A stretch of 64,000 nt of DNA from Camelus dromedarius (lineage: Eukaryota): NCBI RefSeq assembly GCF_036321535.1, contig NC_087437.1, forward strand, positions 20,152,001-20,216,000. The letters are read 5' to 3'. Below the pieces are notes generated by a model. It had not been told where the DNA came from and did not search any database. It saw only the letters and a program-made list of their open reading frames with translations. A program made the translations under genes and the position numbers. Positions 12,453 to 25,795 of the stretch are shown here, piece by piece. Position 1 is the first letter of the stretch, and each line of letters opens with the position of its first letter.

Positions 12453-14030
12453 GTGAGTGTCCTGAGAGGACCCTGGTGGGTGGGGGCAGGGAAATGGCGC
12501 CACTGCTCCCAGACTGAAGGCCGAGTGTGGACTCTGAATGTACTGGACAAGTGATGTCTCCCTTGCCACCCCTGATCTGGGCTATGTCTCCCAGAACTCA
12601 CTCTTGCACTAGAAGGGATGACCTTACAGAATCAGCACCCCAGGCCTATCTAACACACTCCACAGTACCTTGGAAACCTACCCAGTGAATATTCTCTAGA
12701 ACTCACAGTGCCACGCATCTAGGTATTGAAGATGGGTGGGGTTTTGGGTAGAATTTTCCTGTTGCCATCCAGATGTGAGCCATGCTGTCAACTCAGCCAA
12801 ATCTGAGTTTCCTATATCACAAGTGGTAAGATCATCCCCCACCACCACAATCTGCTGACTGCTCCCAGACAAAGAGATGCTGAAAGAGAAGGTGGAGATT
12901 TCTGAAACATCTTCTAAGCTATAGCTCCATTTAGGAATTTTTAAAGCTTTTCTCAACATTTTTTAAGAATTTCTACCCCAGTGAGAGTGAAGAATGAAAA
13001 ACCCTCCTACCACACTTTGATCTCAAATTGAACTTGCTGAACTGAAAACAGTCCTAGAAAGCCATTGAGATATTTCCCCATCACCATTATTTAAAAACTC
13101 ATTGTAGTATAAACACCACAGCCAGAGTTCCAATCAACCCATCCCACTTTAACTATAATTCTCAATAACTTGATATTAATCAAATGATAATTATTTGCCA
13201 AGTATATTGTTTCATTATTAGCATGAGTATGTGAGTATATGTATATTGCACTCCCTTTGTTTCAAAGAGGATTTAAGTACTGTGCAAAAGTGCAAAAGTT
13301 GCAAAAGCTCAAGTCCATCTACTCCATAAAGGTTTAAGTGATGCTGGGCACAGTGCTGGGGACTGGGAGTGAAGATAGAGGGGAAGTCAAAACAGATATG
13401 GCCCTGCCCACATGGAGCTTACCATCTAGTGAAAAGAAAAAGTAGGAAGTCAGGCAGCATCCAGGGCGGGTTTGGTGCACAAAGCATGCCATGAACCAGG
13501 GTTAAATTAAGCGTGGTGTTAACCCTGAGCCTCCTGGTAGCCAATGCCTAAAGGGAAGTACCCTCAGTCACTTGCTCACAAATCTTTGGTGCTTCCCATG
13601 CTTCTTGATGTTGAGATCAGGGAGAAACTTACCCTAAGACGGAGTCTTCCTGCATCCTGAGATCTGCAGCAGATTCCACAGGATGGAAACCAAGGAGACA
13701 TCCTCATCCCTGACCTAAAGGAGTTTACAATCTGTCTTGGAAGATGAAAGCAATATTCATAAAACAGACAAAACATTAAAAAGGGAGTTTCCTTGTAAGA
13801 GGCTAAAACACATGGTGCATGACAGTAACACACCTGGACATCACTAAATGCTAATTGTGTAGGACACAAAATCAATGCACAGGAACATAAAGGAAAAAAT
13901 ACTGGACTTTAATTAAAGTTTGGTTCAGGACTAAGAAGCAGTAATTTCAATTAGTAGAGAGCCTATCAGAACTGCTCCCTATAGCTTTTCCCGCAGGCCT
14001 TGTGAAGTGGCTGGCCTGTCCCCACCACAG

Positions 14031-14040
14031 AGACACACAT

Positions 14041-14073
<33 letters not shown>
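14031..14073. repeat. (CA)n microsatellite
   Basis: Direct reading. Confidence 0.95.
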
Positions 14074-14075
<2 letters not shown>

Positions 14076-17000
14076 CCCCGAATCAACAAAAGATGAAACA
14101 CCTGCATTGTATGTTTCTGATCCCCTATGATCAGCTGTGCAGTCTATGTCCACAGGAGCTTTGGAATCTGGGGAGTGACAAGTCCTTGCCAAAGAGCGAG
14201 CCTGGACAGGAGGAGGTGTCTATGACCAGTGGTCCCCTTGGCCTCCTGCCTTAGTCTGGAGAGCCACAGCCCCCGGAGGAATGAGATGCAAATTCCTTCA
14301 TCCGAGGGTAAACTGCCCAGGTCAGGAAGATAATTACTCACCTTGATGAGCCATTTCACTAAATATATGCCAATTTATTTCCCTAGCTGTCTCATTAAAA
14401 GTGAGTCATGATCCTTTGCCAGGCCTGTGCCTCCAACACTGGTTTACAACAGGAGATGCAGAGGAAACTCCCAGGGAGCGTGGGCCCCGACCATGAGGTT
14501 TACAAAGCAGTTCTCCCAGTAATGAAGGCAGGACCTAAGGGCAGACGCAGAAGCGGTTTTCATTCTAATGAGCTTCCCAGTTGGCCCTTATCCATCACTT
14601 CTCTGGGCGACCTTCCCAGGTCCTTGAAGAAGTTATTTGCGTGCACATCACAAAAAGCACTGCTGAGTTGGGGGTCCAGTCATTCAGGCCCCATGACTTT
14701 CGGTAGATGGCCTCTGGCCCCTCCCCACTGCCAGGCTCCCTGCTTGTGGGGGAAGTAAGGGGAGCAGGGCATCAGGAGGCTAGGGGACGGGACACGGAGT
14801 CAGCTTGACCCATCTTGACACAAGATTCAGCCGCTTCCAACCAGAGGTCCTTGGCCTCCCTTCCCTTGACTTCCTCCCCTGTGAACCATGGCAGTGACAG
14901 TCTCTGCCCCATTGTGGGGTGCCGAGGCCTCAGGGTGAGGCAGTACCTGGGAGGATGTCCACAGGGCCCTTGGCATATAGAGTGTTCCATCCACCTGGGT
15001 GACCAGGACATGACGGCTATTCACTCCCCATAGAGTTCCAGGCTGAAATCATGAGCAGGTAACTGAACTGGTGGCATTGATCCCCTCTTGGGAAGTTTTG
15101 GATCCATTTCAGGTGGCTTCTGGGTCCCCATTTTCTAGCACTCAGCTGATATCCCTGAGATCGGTAGGGCCTAGATCCTCACATCTATTGAATTGATGGA
15201 AAAACTGATTCCCAGAGCATAAAGAGCTGGCCATACAGTCCGCACAGTGGCAGAGTGGGGACTGGAGCCAGATCCCCTGAGTGTTGGCCCCAAGGTTTTT
15301 CCACCAGTGATGTTATCACTGTGCTCAGCGGCGTCTGACGGGAAAGCATGGCACTGATATTTAAGGTCAAAAATACAAGGTTGTGTCTTAATCTTATGCC
15401 CACCACTGTGTGTGTGGGGCGGGGTGGGGAGATATCTTTGACAAAGTTACTTAAACCTGGCCTTAGATCCTCCTTGTAAATTGGGAATTAAATCTCATGC
15501 CTGTGTAAGAGGGCAACATACTGCAAACAAAGCAGTCACCAGAGTGTCGGTGCCCAAAGGCACCCAGCCAGGTGTGGGAACGGCCACGGAGGGAGCAGAG
15601 GGCTCCCAGTGATGCCCAGTCTCCACTCGGCAGACCTTTCTGCCATCCAAGCAGTCACTAATTTCACGCAGCCTCCACTGAGCCCTCTCCGTGGGCAGGC
15701 TGCCCAGGTGAGTAACGGACCCTGGACGCCTGTGGGTAACGTGTGTCCTCAAGTCTGCTTATTCTCCAAGTAAATGAAAGCACTTCTCTTCCATCTGAAT
15801 CACAAAGTAATACAGGCCTTTTGTGGGAAACTTGAGAAGCCTAGAAAGGCACTGAGAAGGAAGTAAGTCACCTGTCACCCCACCAAAGATAACCACCACT
15901 GTTTTGCCTGCACTTTTTCTGTGGAGTTTTTAAACAAACATAAGGCCACGCTTTCCTTGCTTTTCTTTATCTTCCCTTTTTCACTTAACACTCGATTATG
16001 TGGATTTTTTTTCTATCCGTAGAAATGCTTCATCCTGACCACCGTTAGTGCTCAGCCGTGTTCCACCTAAGCACCGATTCATGCTCAGCTTGTCTCTTGC
16101 TCTGGGGCATCCAGTTTCTTTACTGTTTTTCAGTGTAATAAATAATGCTTAGGTGAACCTATTTGCACCTTTGTCTGCAATTTCTATCATTTTCCGGGGG
16201 TCGATTTTTAGATGTGGACTTGCATGCTCAAAAGGTTTGAAGAGTTGCAAAGTGCCCGGCCTGCGTAGCTTTCCAAAAGGGCCTCTCCCATTTCAGTTCC
16301 ATCAGAAGGAGGGTGCAGGTCAGCATGTTGTCTCGTTGCACCCCCCGCCCCACTTGAGTTTCTTACACAAAGTAGGTGCTGATACTTCTTTGAGAATTGG
16401 GAACAGAGAAGTAAGTCCAGGGAACGGAACTTGCCTGAGCTAACTGTGGACTCAGGTCTCCTGAGAAGGCATTACAAGGACAAATCATTCAAATGTGGGG
16501 GGAAATAATACAATTGCAACAAAAAGCAAAACCAATGGCTTTTTCCGATCTTTCAAAAATTTTTTAGATGGGTGATTTATCCAAACATGAGCCTCCCCCT
16601 CATATAACTGCGGGCAACAATATTATACTCTCAATTTTACCTAACACTTCAAATTCTGTGCTCTGAAACCCATTCTCCCATGCATGAAGTCGGTGGTGGT
16701 GGAGAAAGTAAATTAGTTTCGCAGACAATTTCATTAAGACTTGTTACAGGAGTGGAGCTGCAGCAAATTGAGCCAAGGATTGCAGGCTCATGTGCTTTTC
16801 TACCACAATCAATAGTGTTTGGTCTGCTTAACGTCACACAGATTGTAAACTCTGAGCCACCCTCTTCTAAGAGGTATACCTTTTGAGAGCCATTTAGCTT
16901 CAAAGAAAGAGAAAGTTAAACCTTTTTATTCAAAATTCAATTCCGTGTTGCTGAGACAGGACTTCTCATGGTTATTGACAGTGCTTCTGCCTGACAGAAG

Positions 17001-17202
17001 TCTTCCCCTGTGATGGCTGTAACCACAAACAAGTTTGTTAACGGAACCCACAGGGAATGTTACCAACTCCATCCTGAGCCGTTCCAGACCTGCATGGGGC
17101 ACCAAGCTGAGATGGAAACAAATATTTGGAGAAAAAGGAAAGGGATTCTGCACACCAGCCACAAGGCCAAAGAGACAGCAAACCTATTTTTATTCAGAGA
17201 TT

Positions 17203-17697
17203 CTTTTTTTTTTAATTGAAATATAGTCAGTTACAATGTGTCAATTCCTGGTGTACAGCACAATGTCCCAGTCTTGCGTATACATGCATATATTCGTTTT
17301 CATATTCTTTTTCATTAAAGGTTAAGGTATTGAACATAGTTCCCTGTGCTATATAGAAGAAATTTTTAAAAATCTATTTTTATATATAATGGCTAACATT
17401 TGCAAATCTCAAACTCCCATTATCCCTTCCCAGCCCCTTTCTCTGGTAACCATAAGATTGTTTACTATGTCTGCGAGTCTGTTTCTGTTTTGTAAGTGAG
17501 TTTATCGTGTCCTTTTTTTCCTTCCTCTTTTTTTTTTAAGATTCCACATATGAGTGATATCATAGGGTATTTTTCTTTCTCTTTCTGGCTTACTTCACTT
17601 AGAATGATAATCTCTAGGTCTGTCCGTGTTGCTGCAAATGGCATTATTTCATTTTTTATGACTGAGTAGTATTCCATTATATAAATATACCACAACT
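17203..17697 (-). mobile_element. L1 3' portion, antisense, same family as 2008-2490
   Basis: PolyT then aattgaaatatagtcagttacaatgtg; ORF 17465-17695(-) [36 protein letters not shown] is the L1 ORF2 C-terminus. Confidence 0.92.
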
Positions 17698-18226
17698 TGA
17701 TTGGCTTTGCTAAAAGAAACTTGACTTCAAATCTGTGATTACAGTTACATTTTTAGAAACAGTCCAGAGCAATAGCAGGATAAGTGAGTCTAATTCTTGG
17801 TACAATGTCTTGGGAAACTCTGTACACCCTCCCCTCACTACCACTCATCTCTGAGCCCGCCCCCTCCGCACCTTCACAGATGCTCCAAGCACCTGCTCAT
17901 GGCCCAGTACTGAGTACTGTTCTACTAATATTGAATGATGAGTGGCTCAACTTTTCCCACCTTTAAAATACTTAGGAGTCATTAGGGAGTTTTCCTTTAG
18001 TTTTGATGAAATATAAACATAAATCTGAGTCAGCCACCCCCTGTTGTCTTTATTTGCTTGTTGATTTTTTTTTTTTTTAATTTCCATTTTCTTGGTTTCA
18101 CTTCTGGTAAAGGATGATAATACCATTTGAGTTCTAATTTGCTGTCAGCTCCACCACTGGGGAAAAAAAGCAAGAATGAAATCATTCTCGACAAAGGAAG
18201 ACTTTCCTAAAATCATGTATAATGTA

Positions 18227-18361
18227 TAGTGGGGCCCTCATGTCCATGGTTCCTCTGCATCCCCAGATTCAACCAACAACAACTATGATCATTATCAAAA
18301 AAAAACTCTGCATAAAATTGAACTTGCATATTTCAAACCAGTCCTGTTTAAGGGTCAGCTG
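18227..18361. mobile_element. Tigger-derived MITE (MER8/MER2-like, TcMar)
   Basis: TA-flanked; degenerate TIRs tagtggggccctc...aagggtcagctg; internal tgcatccccagattcaaccaac. Confidence 0.65.
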
Positions 18362-19242
18362 TATACACCTTCATTAAGTATCTATTTTTCTAGTTACATC
18401 ATAGAAATCCCTTAATATATAATCTCTATATCCCTATGTAATCTCAATAAATATATATGTAAAATATCTCATATTGTATATAATATAGAGTATCTATATA
18501 TAGAAAAGGAAGATTTTTATCTCTGGGAATCAAAAAGTATAAAACACACGTCAGGCCTTGATTCATTTTTTGACAGCAAAATTATATTTCAGCAAAAACA
18601 GTCAATTAAAATTTCACTCGTTGATTGTCAGATGTTTATTTCAGAATCATAATATCGAACCCCCGGGAACAAAAACACACAAATGGCTCAGAAACAATGT
18701 CTGGTCTCTCTTGGAGAAGAAAAATGTCTTTGCCGCCAGGGCAAGACATCTGTTATTCTGTGTGGCTTTCAGAAGGGAAGTCACACATTTTCTTATCAAT
18801 TTTACTTCCTGTTTGGTAGCAAAATAATGTGAGAAGAGGCAGTGAACATTCCTGGCGATGAGCCCAGATGTTTTTTTAAAAAGAAGCGTCAGGACATTTC
18901 TGAATTCCATCTTTTTCCCAGAGATTTCGTGTGAATGAGCGCCGGGCACCCTACATCTGGGACTCAGCCATGTGGGCGCACTTTAGGGTTGTTTTCTGAC
19001 AACTCTGTCCTTAGAAGCACAACCAGTTGGATTGCAGATGTGTGCTCAGAATCCCCTGGCTGTTCCATTCCACAGCTGGCATGAATCCAGCCAGTACCCC
19101 TACTTGCCCTTGTTTTCACAAAGAGTTAGAGGAAGGGGGCATTTTGTTCTGGTGAAGGTTGGAGGCATGCAGAAGGGATTCTGAAGCACTGCAATGTGGT
19201 TTACTTGATCTGAAATGATTTTCAATGTCCCCATGTCCTCAG

Positions 19243-19392
19243 GCAACATCAGGAACACGGAGAAACTGAGCTATGACAAGCAACACCAGTATGAGATCCT
19301 GGTGACCGCCTACGACTGTGGACAGAAGCCCGCAGCTCAGGACACCCTGGTGCAGGTGGATGTGAAGCCAGTTTGCAAGCCCGGCTGGCAAG
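19243..19392 (+). CDS. CLSTN2: Calsyntenin-2 coding exon (probably exon 5); 150 bp, phase 1-1
   Basis: Acceptor gtcctcAG ends 19242; donor GTaggc at 19393. Translates (G)NIRNTEKLSYDKQHQYEILVTAYDCGQKPAAQDTLVQVDVKPVCKPGWQ. Confidence 0.97.
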
Positions 19393-22300
19393 GTAGGCCT
19401 GCTCTTGTCAGTCCTGTAGAGTGAAGGCAGCTTGGCTGGCTGGGTGTATGGGAGTGGCTGGACCTGCCCTCAAATCATTGCATCACACAACTGGAGGAGT
19501 TTTTAAAGTGCAGTCACTCTGCTGCAAGAAATAGAGTAGCCTGTTTATTCTCACAGCTCCTCGCTGATATATTACCCCCATTTTACAGCTGCGAATGTCC
19601 AAGGCGATTCATTGGACACACATGCTCAGTGCGTTCAATGCATCCTTTCTCAAATCTCATGACATCTTTGAATCAATAGTAATTACCCCACGGCTCTCAG
19701 GAGAAAGTGCCAGCATGCTTGTTCACTTTATGTAAAGGTACCCTGTCCTGCTGGTCCACTTCAGCTTTTGATCATTGCTCAACACCTGGGGAAGGTTGTC
19801 TTGGCCCTTGGGCTTGCACAGAGGGTATACAGGCAGAGGCTGGACATCCAGAATCCAGCCTCTGCATAAGGGGGTTTCTAAAATGTTGGCCCTAAGAAGC
19901 AATGGCCTTAGATGGAGATGGGGTTTTTTTTGCTAGTTGAGATCTTTTAGGATGCAAAGGCAGAAGGTTCTGGCTACCCTTAGATGATGGAGGAGTGGCA
20001 CTGAGCTGAAGGGAAATGAGAAGGGCAGGGCCAGCTGCAGAGATGCAGCTCACAGGACTGGATGGTGCATGGAGTAACAGGAGCTTTAGTGGTGGCATCA
20101 CTAGTCCTGGTGGTGGAGCAGGGAGGCTGTAGTTATCTCTGTGCCACCATTTTGGTTGCTCTGCTGCTCCAGGTTCTGCTTCACACGTTGATGTTGCTGC
20201 CAGCTTCTGCTTACTCATAACTCATGGTGCCCCGCGGACTTCTCCCTCTGTGGTTTCTGTCTCCTGCCTTCCCTTAGTATGTCTTTAAGCTTCAGGGCCC
20301 CTGTTGAAGCTTTAGGGTCCTTGTTATATTCTACCTCTTTCTCTCTCTCTCTTTCTTTCTCTCCCTGCATCTTTCATTTTTAAACTCCCCTGGAGAGGGC
20401 GTGATCAGCTGTGTTGGTCATTCATGGTCATGTCGGGAAGACTGATGCTGTATAGGTCACTGGTCAGATTATGAATGGTTACCTTTTAGTCAGGCATTCA
20501 TTCCTAACGCGGTTCATCAGGGCCAGACTGGCAGGACCTTGTGGTGCAAAGCAAGGACACCTGAGGTCCCGCCTGGGTCACTGCCCTCAGGCTGTCCCCT
20601 GCACAATTTTATCTTCCTTAATCTTTCAACTGGGAAGATGGGAGGGGGTAATTAAATGCACCTCTGGGGTGAGCCAGAATCGTACGCCTTTGAACAAAGT
20701 AGACTAGATGAAATGCTCAGAAGAGGAGACACAGGTCAGATGTACAAGACATATCAGTCTATTTAGGATCAAGCAAGAGACAGAGGAAAAGGAACAAGCC
20801 AGAGTGGGGAACTGTGCGTTCCCAACCGTGGGGAGCCTGAAGTCTGGTGAGTGTAATTCACCAGACCCTAAGGCCCCTGAAGGTAGGATTCTGTCTCTCT
20901 TGTTCACCACTGAATTTCTCAGGCTTAGCACACGTCCAGCCCCAGTAGTCGGTACTTAAGAAATAGTCATTGAATGAATGGATGGATGGATGAGCAGATG
21001 GGTGAATGAAAAGCTATGGGAGTAAAGAACTCACCTTGTTTTATTTTAACCTGTAACGACTGGCCCCAATGAAAGCATAGCTTTTGAAAAGAAAGCCTGG
21101 AAAGAATATAAAACCTTTCTAAGCATGGAACGTGCTCACAAACACACAGCCATACCTGGAGAATGATCCCAATCTTTTTTGTCTTTGATAAATGAGGCAC
21201 CTCAGATTCAAGACCACTTTTCTGTACCTGCATTTAAATGTAATTTCCTAAGGGAGTTTGTATTTGTTTCAGTGTTAAATATATGCAAAGGAAAACATGA
21301 TAATAATGTTTCATTCTGTGTGTGAAGATGCGTGGAGCCTCTAACTCGGGGTCTGGTGCTATTTTCAGCTCTAGCTAGTGAGCTTCTAAAGGCAAGGCTG
21401 CTGTCCATTTGTTGGTGTGTCTCCAGCGCCCAGTCCAGGGCCAGGCACAGTGCAGGTGACGGGCAGGTGTTGAATAGACAAACGAACGGTGAAAAATGTA
21501 CCTTTCTGTGTAACAAAGACAAGAGGGAAGCAGCAACTCCCTGCATCAGTTCATGGTGTCAGTCAAAGCACATGTAACATCAGGACCAACTACTGTAGGG
21601 TGGCTCCCTGCCTAAGTCGGCCAGCCTTGGGTGGCAGAAGCTGACACTGGATTGTGCGTCACATCCCTCCTCCCTCCAGCTCACTTCTTGTAGACAGCCA
21701 GGTCTCTCTCCCCGGCCATCGTCCCAGCAGGCTTTCAGATCACAACCAGGTCCCTTGGGTTCTCTGATATGTGTGGTGATGGTCAAAGTGCCTTCCTGGC
21801 ATTCCTGTCCCCACTCCCAGACCTAGAGAGGAATTTCCCCTCCTTGCACCATACTGGTCCACTTTACTCCTCCACTTGGGTAACCCCCACCTCTGACCAA
21901 TCCATCTCAGGTCCTGTTCTATCTTCTACTCCAGCCAAGGCTGCAGCCTCAGAGCTGGGCAGGCACCTTTCTCCATGGAAGAGCATAACCACTGGTCCTA
22001 GATGTGTCTCCTGTCCGCCACCCTCCCCCAGCTTTGTAGAGCAAACTGGAGTGAGCCACGTTTTACTGAGTTTCGTTTTTTGTTTTTGTTTTTGCTAACT
22101 GCAGATAAAGCAGGCTGTCCCTTTCTGGGAGAGGCCATCAGGTTCCTAAGGGACAGGGTTGGCTCTTCTTGAAGCAGATGTGGGGTGAAGAATGGGAGGG
22201 AAGCAGGGAGAGGTGAGGCCATTTGGGACATGGTGAACAATCTCAGGAAGCCGATGTGGCTTGCAGAGGGAGTGGGGACTGGGGAGAAACAGGGAGCAAG

Positions 22301-25300
22301 CTTGGAGGGGTTGGGGGGAGGGGAGGATTGGCAGTGAAGATTTCCAACCTACAGTGATCCCCAAACCCTCAGACCCAGCTGTGAATGGGGGTCTACAGGC
22401 ACGTGCCAGGCAGAATTGCCCAGGAGAACAGAGGCTTCTCCCCTAGCTGGCTTCTCACAAGCAACAGGAGTCAGCAAGTAAGCGCAGTTTGGCAGTTCAA
22501 AATCTTGTACCTGTTCTAAGTCATTTCCCTCCAGGCAGGAGGGGATTGCAGCAGAGTGAAAGCAATCCATCACGCTCAGGAGCTTCCTGCCCCACTGGAG
22601 TGCTCCCTCCCAATCAGCACCGTCTCCAGCCCTTGCTGCAGCCAACCTCTCCCCAGGGAGCTGTCCTGGAGGAGCAAAGGACCCTGCTCACAGCTACAGC
22701 CCTCCCTTCTTTCCCAGGGCCCGACCAGGGACTGTTCCCAGACTCCAGTGATGCTCTGGGCATTGGCCCTATTTTCCATCACAATAGCCCCTTCCAGGAG
22801 TGCAGGACTGCAGCTTCTGCCAAGGTGATGCTGGCCATACTGAGCTGCACACAAAGGACATCCACACCCTGGCTCTGCTGCCACCTGCCTTTCAGACCTT
22901 GGCCAAGGCATCATCTACTCAGGCTATGCTATTTCATTCTCTGTCTTTTTTTCTGTGGCTGAATCTTGTCTTCCTAGAAATGATATGCCCCCCCAACTCC
23001 CCACCCCTGGGCAGAACCATACTTCTCACAGCCCTTGGCATTCACTGAACTTTCTGTCCTTCACCTAAGCATAAACTTGCCTACCACCATCACTCATCAG
23101 TGGCAGAGCCGGGTTTATCAGAGGCTCAGCTGGCAGCAAGGGGAGGAAGGTTTTGCATCCGGAAAATGACCCCAGGGTACCAGGCACATGCATCCTGCTC
23201 TGACATGAGTCTTGTCTTCTCCAGTGCATTCTGAGATTGTGATTCTGAATAGGCGGTCAGGTGAATACTCCGCAGGGGTAGGAGGAGATTTACCTAAGGG
23301 AAAGTCACTCCCTTTCTCAGCTGCTCAGAGAAGAAGATGGTCCTCAAAGCACCCACTAGGCCCGTGTGAGTGGAAGGGAGGACTAACTCTATTTTGTCCT
23401 GAGCTCTGAGCACTCGTGGTATCTTATTCTTGGAGATGGGATGGAAGACTCTGTCAGGAACCAGGATAAAGGCGCACCTGCGGCAGGTCACGTGCTAAAG
23501 AAGAGCTTGTGCCTTTCATGCTGGGCATCTGGATTTGCTGTGTTCTTAGTGTCCGTTTCCCTCCTGCCAAGGGGTTATACATGGCCACGCCTGGGCGGCG
23601 TGTACTCTGAGGACTTTGGGAAGAATCTGTGTCCATCCATGGATCAGAGCACCACAGAGGATGCAGCGGCCTCAGAGGCTCTCAGGGGCACAGGGCAGTA
23701 ACAGTGGTGGACACAGTCAGATATGGCACTGCGGTCCCGTCCTTACAGGGGCCACTCACCGCGTTCTAGAGCAGCGTTTGCAATTCAGTTGCTGGTTTGA
23801 GGTTTTTGTTTGTGTAGTTTTTACGTTATGTTATATGTTATATTGAGAAACATATCCCTCTTTATCCCTTCCTTTTCAAAAAATTTTTATTTTTTTTCTT
23901 TATCCCTTCCTTTATTGGTCTTTATAAACCCTTGGCCCAGCTCTTTCTATGTGTCAAGCTGAAAACATTGTCTGCACCACACTTATGTAGTACATTTTCC
24001 CTTTCATTGTTGCAAGTCAGATTTGGTATTTCTCAGTATTTCTCACCTGCTTCTGCCAGCTGAGACCCCAAAGTTCAGTCTGTCACTCTCCCTTTAAGCG
24101 AAACAGTTCCCCTCCAGACAGAACTGCTGCGGACTCTCCTGCTGGCCCTTCCCGTGTCTTTCCCAGACATGTTGCTGACCAGACAGCCTGCCATTCTGGA
24201 TCTGAAGTTTCCATATCAAATCCGCTTTCCAGACTCCAGCCCCCAACAGAATCCCATCTCCGAGTGCCCACCTCATCCCTGAGCGTGATCCCAGCATGGT
24301 CAATTACACCCCACCCAGCATCAGTGCACCCCACACTGCCAGCTCCCCGAATTTCCCCCTCAGGCCCAATTCCTGCTCCTTTTACCTTCACAGCAAGGTG
24401 TCCTATTTACTCTGGAAAGAAACAGAGATGCAGCCACATAATGAACCATTCCAGCTCTGTTCTTTCGGGCTTGAATAATTCTCCAGGTGTGTCAAATTGC
24501 CTTGGTGTTTCCACCATGCCACACATCAAACCTTCATTAGGAAGGAAGTGGGTGTCTTTTAGTGGAGTGCTTCTCGAATCTGAATGTGCACCTGAGCACC
24601 TGGCAGGCTTTGGAAAACCCAGATTCTAACTTAGTAAGTCTGGAGTGGGTCTGGAAGTTCCTGGCCCACGGCTTTCCCTTGGAATAAGAAGGTCACACAG
24701 AAAATATCACTGTACAACTAGGGTGTATCCAAGATTTTCATGTTGAAAAGCAGCCTGAAAGCTGCTGGGTGAGATTAATTTTCCCTTAGTTTTTTGCATT
24801 GTGAGATAACTGAAGTTGACATACACATTACATGGTGGGACATACTCTGGAGTGAATTCATTCACCCTTTACTGAAGGCCCCCTGTGTGCTGAAGGCTGG
24901 GGATACAGAGGAAAAACGACCTACCAGGACTCATAGTATAGCAGGAGATGATGGCAACGTGGAGGATGCTAGTGCTGGTGGAGGGAACCCTGTGGACACA
25001 AAGGAGAGACACTTAACCTCTCAGGGGCCTTATGGGAGAAGTACTGGGCTAAATCTTGAAGGATAATTGTTCTGGCTCCGAGAAGAGTATTCCAGACTAG
25101 GGAGCAGCTGTCAGGAAGGTGGGAGAGAGCATGATGTGGCCAGGGCATGGGGGAGAAAACTGGACAGGCCAATGGGGACCAGACCAGGAGGGAGGCCTCC
25201 TGTGGTACCCCAAGGGCAGTGGGGAGCCCCGAGGCTTTCATGCCCTGGCGTGGTGAGGGGGATCTCGAACAAGAAGGGCTGCTTGGCAAACCAGATAGAT

Positions 25301-25795
25301 GGTGACCGGGATGCAGAAATTGGGGCAGGGAGATCAGCTGAAAAAGCTGAATATTCCTGAGGGTACTAAGTGGAGCATTTCTGGAAAAGTATCTGAAGTC
25401 ATGTATTTATTCCAAAACCAGTTCAAAGTACTAGGCAGCAAAGGAGGTTAGATTTTTCAGGCCAGTCCCATGAGACCCTCCCCCAGCCCCGCCCCGTAAG
25501 GGACAAAGTTGGCAGTCAGGGAGGTGTGGGGCAGAAGAGACCCCTGCTAAGCCTTGTCAAGTATCCATGTCCCATCCCCTCTGCAGCTGTCCACTTGCCT
25601 GCCACCCTGCCAGGGACAAAAAAAGCCCAGGCCCCAGGGGTCAGCCGGCTTCATTCTGCTCCTTCCAAAAGTCAGATCAATTATTGACAGAAAGATGGTA
25701 AAGGATGGCTCCTTGCCCTCAGTTTCCTCCTTTGCTGTCCTGCCAGTGTGTGCAAGATTCCATCATTGGGGTACCAACTTTTTGTTCTAAAGGAT

